A DNA stretch of 64,000 nucleotides from Actinomycetota bacterium (GTDB taxonomy: Bacteria; Actinomycetota; Actinomycetes; S36-B12; UBA5976), in the NCBI GenBank assembly GCA_947452765.1, contig CANGDR010000006.1:1184-65183 (forward strand). The letters are read 5' to 3'. The first letter of the stretch is position 1. Each line of letters opens with the position of its first letter. The position numbers and the translations under genes were made by a program. The notes below the pieces were generated by a model. That model did no database searches and was not told the origin of the DNA. It worked only from the letters and a program-made list of their open reading frames with translations. Positions 60,847-64,000 of the stretch are shown here, in pieces.

Positions 60847-61620
60847 TTAATTTACTTCTTCAAACTCAGAAGTCATCAACCTGGCATAAGTGAGAGCAGA
60901 TTCACCCGACAGTTTTTCGTCATGAGCAGAAGCACTACCACCATTGAACCCAAACAGGTGCTTACTCCAAACGAGCCATAGCACTGCGAGAATATTTATT
61001 AGCAATGCACCTAATTTTAAAAATGTAATTGAGTGCGAAAGTTCATAGACTTCAACTGGAATAAACGCACTTGTAGCGACAACCGTTAAATACTCTGCCC
61101 ATCTTTTGGTTAACCAAAGTCCAACTGCTTCGGTTAATTGAAGTGCGCCATAGGCGAGTAATGCCAAGGTGATTGCTAAGAGTGTCTTGGAAGAAGCTTC
61201 GACAGCTTGATTGAGTACATGAATCACACGGGATTCTTGAATGTTCCAGCCAATTTGGTCTGCGAACGGTTTAAGAAGTGGCAAACCAGATGTAATTCGT
61301 TGCTCTAGGGAATCCTGTGATCCTCGGAGCTGCCAGGTTAAGAATGCAAACCCAATCACAAGTGCTCCGCGAATCGCACGTTCGATCGAGAGTACGCGAA
61401 TGATTATCTGATCCCGGATTTGCCGGTCATGTAATACTTCTGGCGCTTCAGTTGCTGGGCCGTGCGCGAACGCTTCGCCAGGAATGAACGCAGCACAACG
61501 CATACATTTCCAAGCTATTCCAACTGGAGTCTGAGCCGAGAGGCCAGTTGCCCAAAACTCTTCATCTGGCTGATAAGTCAAATGTCCCTTGCGAGCGCAG
61601 GTCCGTAGGCTCCAATCCAT
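60847..61620 (-). CDS. DUF2127-like membrane protein
   Basis: EAVGLW..KRWAEYLTVVATSAFIPVEVYEL; N-terminal Cys/His cluster. Confidence 0.75.
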   Translation of the reverse strand: MDWSLRTCARKGHLTYQPDEEFWATGLSAQTPVGIAWKCMRCAAFIPGEAFAHGPATEAPEVLHDRQIRDQIIIRVLSIERAIRGALVIGFAFLTWQLRGSQDSLEQRITSGLPLLKPFADQIGWNIQESRVIHVLNQAVEASSKTLLAITLALLAYGALQLTEAVGLWLTKRWAEYLTVVATSAFIPVEVYELSHSITFLKLGALLINILAVLWLVWSKHLFGFNGGSASAHDEKLSGESALTYARLMTSEFEEVN

Positions 61621-61673
61621 AACTTGAGTCTACGGAAGTTTTAACCCGAATGGCTGTGGGGCACAATGGTGTT

Positions 61674-62609
61674 ATGACGCAGTCGCCAATGAACTTGCAG
61701 GGTGCCATAGATCTCGGCGCAGTAGTTGCTGCCCGTGATGCGCAGGCAAAGGCAAAGCAAGCCGCAGAAGAGCGATCGAATAACCCTGTTGCATCCAAGT
61801 TGATAGTAGATGTAACTACAACAACATTCGAACAGGATGTACTTCAGCAGTCGCAGACAGTACCGGTCGTGGTCGATCTTTGGGCAACTTGGTGTGAACC
61901 ATGTAAACAGCTTTCGCCGATTTTAGAGTCGCTCGTTCTTGAGTACGACGGCAAATGGATTTTAGCGAAAGTTGATGTGGATACAGAACAGCAAATTGCT
62001 GCTGCATTCCAAGTGCAGTCGATTCCAGCGGTGTTTGTTGTAATTGGTGGTCAGGTTGCGCCCATGTTTCAGGGAGCCATGCCAGAATCACAAATTCGCC
62101 AAGTGATCGATGCAGTCTTGCTCGAAGCCGAGAAGGCTGGCATCAATGGCAGGGTTGGCGATTCGCAAGTCACTGAAGCCGACCCAGTGTCACCCGAGGT
62201 TCCAGGTGATCCACGATATGACAAAGCCGAGTCCGCGATTGAAGCGGGCGATTGGGAATCTGCGATTGCTGCCTACAAAGAAATCCTGGCTGAAACGCCA
62301 TCAGATGTAATCGCAAGAATTGGACTGCTAAACGTAAACCTAATGAAGCGATCTGATGGTCGCGACCTAGCCAGTGATGCAAAGAATCAGGCACAAGATA
62401 CCGAAAGCAGATTGAACGCCGCGGATGCAATGTTTATGCTTGGTGATTTCGCTGATTCATTTGCCGTATTAATTGATCATGTCCGCAGTAACTCTGGAAA
62501 AGACAAAGATGCAGCTAGAGAGCGATTACTTGAACTATTTGAAATAGCTGGTCCGGCAGATCCCGCGGTCGCGAAGGGGCGAAGTGCGCTGACTAACGCG
62601 CTCTTTTAA
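61674..62609 (+). CDS. Thioredoxin-TPR co-chaperone (YbbN/CnoX)
   Basis: WATWCEPCK thioredoxin domain plus helical TPR C-terminus ending RSALTNALF; ATG behind CACAAT. Confidence 0.9.
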   Translation: MTQSPMNLQGAIDLGAVVAARDAQAKAKQAAEERSNNPVASKLIVDVTTTTFEQDVLQQSQTVPVVVDLWATWCEPCKQLSPILESLVLEYDGKWILAKVDVDTEQQIAAAFQVQSIPAVFVVIGGQVAPMFQGAMPESQIRQVIDAVLLEAEKAGINGRVGDSQVTEADPVSPEVPGDPRYDKAESAIEAGDWESAIAAYKEILAETPSDVIARIGLLNVNLMKRSDGRDLASDAKNQAQDTESRLNAADAMFMLGDFADSFAVLIDHVRSNSGKDKDAARERLLELFEIAGPADPAVAKGRSALTNALF

Positions 62610-62654
62610 AGGTCAACTGAAGTTTCGAGTTTTGCGCATTGCTGGCTCATATTC

Positions 62655-63446
62655 TTGACTAGTCTTTGTTGTGTGTTCGAATTTATAAATGTAGAAAATC
62701 AGGGTCGGGTAGCGATCATTCACCTAGCTCGCCCAAAAATGAATGTATTGTCACGGGCTATGCAAGAAGAAATCCGTCAGGCTGCGGTCGAAATCTCCAA
62801 ATCTCCGGAAGTAAGAGCAGTCGTAATTTATGGCGGCGAACGCACATTTGCGGCGGGTGCTGACGTAAAGGAAATGGTGGATTGGGACTCAGTCATTGCA
62901 ACTCGCGAAACCCCAGGCTTGCAAGAAAGTTTCAACGCGGTGGCCCAAATTCCGGTACCGACTATTGCAGCGATAACTGGATATGCACTTGGCGGCGGAC
63001 TTGAACTTGCACTTTCCTGCGATCTGCGAATCGCAGCCACTGATGCGACACTTGGGCAACCAGAAATCTTGCTTGGGATCATCCCAGGTGCAGGTGGTAC
63101 CCAGCGGTTATCTCGGTTGATAGGAAATTCTCGCGCGAAGGATCTAATTTTTACCGGAAGATTTGTTTTAGCTGACGAAGCAATGTCAATTGGCTTAGTA
63201 AATGAAATAGTTGAGCCAAGCTCAGTGCTAACCAGGGCGCTAGAACTAGCGAATATCCTTGCGGCGGGGCCAGGTCAGGCTTTGAAAGCTGCAAAGGTAG
63301 CAATTGATGAAGGTAGTGAAAAGTCATTACATGATGGCTTGCTGGTTGAACAGAAACTATTTGCAGCGTTATTTGATACCCAGGACCAAGTGATTGGGAT
63401 GCAGTCATTTATCGAAAATGGTCCAGGCAAAGCAACCTTTAACTAG
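62655..63446 (+). CDS. Enoyl-CoA hydratase/isomerase
   Basis: FAAGADVKE, ALGGGLELAL.CD, PEILLGIIPGAGGTQRL; start uncertain. Confidence 0.92.
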   Translation: MTSLCCVFEFINVENQGRVAIIHLARPKMNVLSRAMQEEIRQAAVEISKSPEVRAVVIYGGERTFAAGADVKEMVDWDSVIATRETPGLQESFNAVAQIPVPTIAAITGYALGGGLELALSCDLRIAATDATLGQPEILLGIIPGAGGTQRLSRLIGNSRAKDLIFTGRFVLADEAMSIGLVNEIVEPSSVLTRALELANILAAGPGQALKAAKVAIDEGSEKSLHDGLLVEQKLFAALFDTQDQVIGMQSFIENGPGKATFN

Positions 63447-63466
63447 CTGAAATTCGAGGCGAACCC

Positions 63467-64000
63467 ATGTCGAATGCTTTTCTAGCAATTGATCAAGGTA
63501 CGTCTGGTACGAAGGCAATTGTGATTGATGATGAACGCGGCGTACTTTCAAGTGTCGAGATTTCGATCCGCCCTAGTTACGGAGACGACTCAGCAGTTGA
63601 GCAAGATCCAATCGAACTCCTCGCCTCAGTAATTGATAGCGGGCGTCAAGCAGTTGCAGAAGCTGGCGTTGCTATTAGCGCCGTCGGATTGGCAAATCAA
63701 GGTGAGACGGTTCTCGCTTGGGATAAATCAACGGGTGAGCCACTTTCGCAGTTAGTAGTTTGGCAAGACGGTCGGTCACTTCAAATCTGCAATGAGCGAC
63801 TTGACGCTAATGATGCAATCACTAAATCAAGCGGACTCTACCTGGACCCATATTTTGCAGCGCCAAAAATGACTTGGCTGCGCGAGCAGGTAACTAAATC
63901 TGGCGTAGTCACAACTTCAGATGCTTGGTTGATAAATAGGTTGACTGGTGAGTTTGTAACTGACGCGTCAACCGCATCTAGAACTTTGCTTCTTGATTTG
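63467..64000 (+). CDS. FGGY carbohydrate kinase (glycerol-kinase-like), truncated by window end
   Basis: Read from sequence (absent from ORF track): MSNAFLAIDQGTSGTKA...VEQDP...ANQGETVLAWD...VWQDGR...DPYFAAPKMTWL. Confidence 0.85.
   Translation, partial: MSNAFLAIDQGTSGTKAIVIDDERGVLSSVEISIRPSYGDDSAVEQDPIELLASVIDSGRQAVAEAGVAISAVGLANQGETVLAWDKSTGEPLSQLVVWQDGRSLQICNERLDANDAITKSSGLYLDPYFAAPKMTWLREQVTKSGVVTTSDAWLINRLTGEFVTDASTASRTLLLDL

Overview
Actinobacterial chromosome segment (roughly 50% GC by eye, tightly packed, many apparently leaderless genes), with two parts. (1) About 1-24.4 kb is accessory catabolic DNA. A rightward operon is a complete RMM/aminoacetone-type bacterial microcompartment (BMC) locus: class-III PLP enzyme, acylating aldehyde dehydrogenase, 2 BMC-T, BMC-H, BMC-P, APH-like kinase, SDR and GntR. 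It shares a divergent promoter region with a leftward operon: APC permease, formamidase/acetamidase, GlcG/HbpS protein, fused large+medium B12 diol dehydratase with an altered substrate pocket, small subunit, reactivase, YtcJ-like amidohydrolase and a fused urease gamma/beta subunit. A second permease, CaiB-GntR and a ferric-reductase/FMN-binding/ApbE flavinylation module follow. (2) About 24.5-64 kb is the conserved actinobacterial core: argS-lysA-hom-thrC-thrB-rho-rpmE-prfA-prmC-tsaC-like-glyA-wecA-atp operon, then murA, mce and thiolase. Insertions in it include an orphan 580-aa B12-binding enzyme, kynureninase and a secreted subtilase. The best candidate for an undescribed system is the amidase/urease-like + variant diol dehydratase + BMC divergon. 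No rRNA, tRNA, CRISPR or IS element was seen. All family assignments come from motif recognition by eye, not from database searches.
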